The translations under genes were made by a program, and so were the position numbers. Shown here piece by piece: positions 62,922-64,000 of a stretch of DNA of 64,000 nt. The stretch's first letter is position 1; each line of letters starts with the position of its first letter. The stretch spans positions 806,001 through 870,000 of the forward strand of contig NC_092673.1 of assembly GCF_964355755.1 (NCBI RefSeq), read 5' to 3'. Origin of the DNA: Antedon mediterranea. Taxonomy: Eukaryota; Animalia; Echinodermata. The notes beneath the pieces are model-generated. The model saw nothing but the letters and a program-made list of their open reading frames with translations. It was not told where the DNA came from and made no database searches.

Positions 62922-63385
62922 ATCATTTGCATACATGTGTATATGAGTTTTTAAGGTATACCTTTGTGTACTACAATGATGCACATGTTTGGTATTGAAT
63001 GAGGTTTTCTACACTTATGTTTAGTGGTTAGCTCAAAGAAGTATTCATTTGCATACATGTGTATATGAGTTCTGTGCCTTTGTAGAACGATGCACATGTT
63101 TTGTATTTAATGGGGTTTAAACACTAAACGCAGGTTAATTACTGAATTATTCATTTGCATACATGTGTATATGAGTTCTGTGCCTTTGTAGAACGATGCA
63201 CATGTTTTGTATTTAATGGGGTTTAAACACTAAACGCAGGTTAATTACTGAATTATTCATTTGCATACATGTGTATATGAGTTCAAACAGCACCTTTGTG
63301 TACTACTGTAGAACGATGTTTTGTATTTAATGGGTTTTTAATAATAAACGCAGAAAATTATTCATTTGCATATATGTGCCTTCTA
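62922..63385. repeat. Tandem repeat of about 106 bp, 4-5 copies
   Basis: tcatttgcatac at about 62923, 63045, 63151, 63257 and 63362; the middle units are nearly identical. Confidence 0.85.
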
Positions 63386-64000
63386 GAATGATGGAAAGCT
63401 TTTGTATACACTATATAAGTGGGTAATTACAGAAATTTACATACATGTGTACATGAGTTTAAACAGTCTCTTATTGTACTGGAATGATGCACATTTTGTT
63501 GTATTTCATGATGTTTTTATACCACTGTATGTCAATGGCTACCAGATGTCTCTATGTAGATGTAATATAGGTGTAATTTATTATTCATTTCAACGTCACC
63601 ATGAATATAAAAAAAAGGATATAAACAGTTACAGATTTTTAGATTACACAATTTGTCCAGTATGTATTATGCCAATTGGTGTAAATTTGCTTTTTATTTT
63701 CTCTATGAAAAAAAATGGATGCAAGTTTGATGTGATATAAAGATATTTTTCTAATAAACTTTATATTTAATTTAATAAAATGGAATCGGATCTTTCTGTG
63801 AGTTTTTAGCACCATGTTTTTTTCAGTTATTATATTATTTTTGCATTTTTTTTTCTTCCCACAAAATGACAAATAATCTTAAAGGAAAAAAGCGTACAGG
63901 AAGTAAATGATAACCATGAGGCCATAATTTTTTAATTTTTTTTTCAGAATGAAATTTTATATATAACATAAATAGTAGTTTTTTTATATCCTTAAATGGG

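Overview
AT-rich, intron-containing eukaryotic (metazoan, probably marine invertebrate) genomic DNA, so most entries in the prokaryote-style ORF track are single exons or noise. 1-14.9 kb holds about 34 phase-consistent minus-strand exons of CFAP46 (TTC40); its N-terminal exons are not recognisable anywhere in the remaining 49 kb. That 49 kb holds a plus-strand tandem cluster of about 10 small genes or gene relics. Their modules are death-fold exons (one tandem-DED, one TRADD-N-like, two CARD), short acidic Ser/Thr exons and paralogous coiled-coil terminal exons, six of which share an EIRDKxREIxxLKSE-type motif and most of which end in a hydrophobic tail anchor. Nearly all traceable junctions are phase 1, several genes have nearby NF-kB/STAT-like motifs, and three copies have an in-frame stop before the anchor. 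This looks like a fast-evolving, exon-shuffled innate-immunity or cell-death adaptor locus, possibly nested in a CFAP46 intron. Transposon relics are abundant (Kolobok-, Sola2-, Harbinger-like, SINEs, LINE ends). One Penelope-like element with inverted repeats carries an apparent A-to-G (ADAR-type) hyperediting signature. All calls are by eye; no searches were run.
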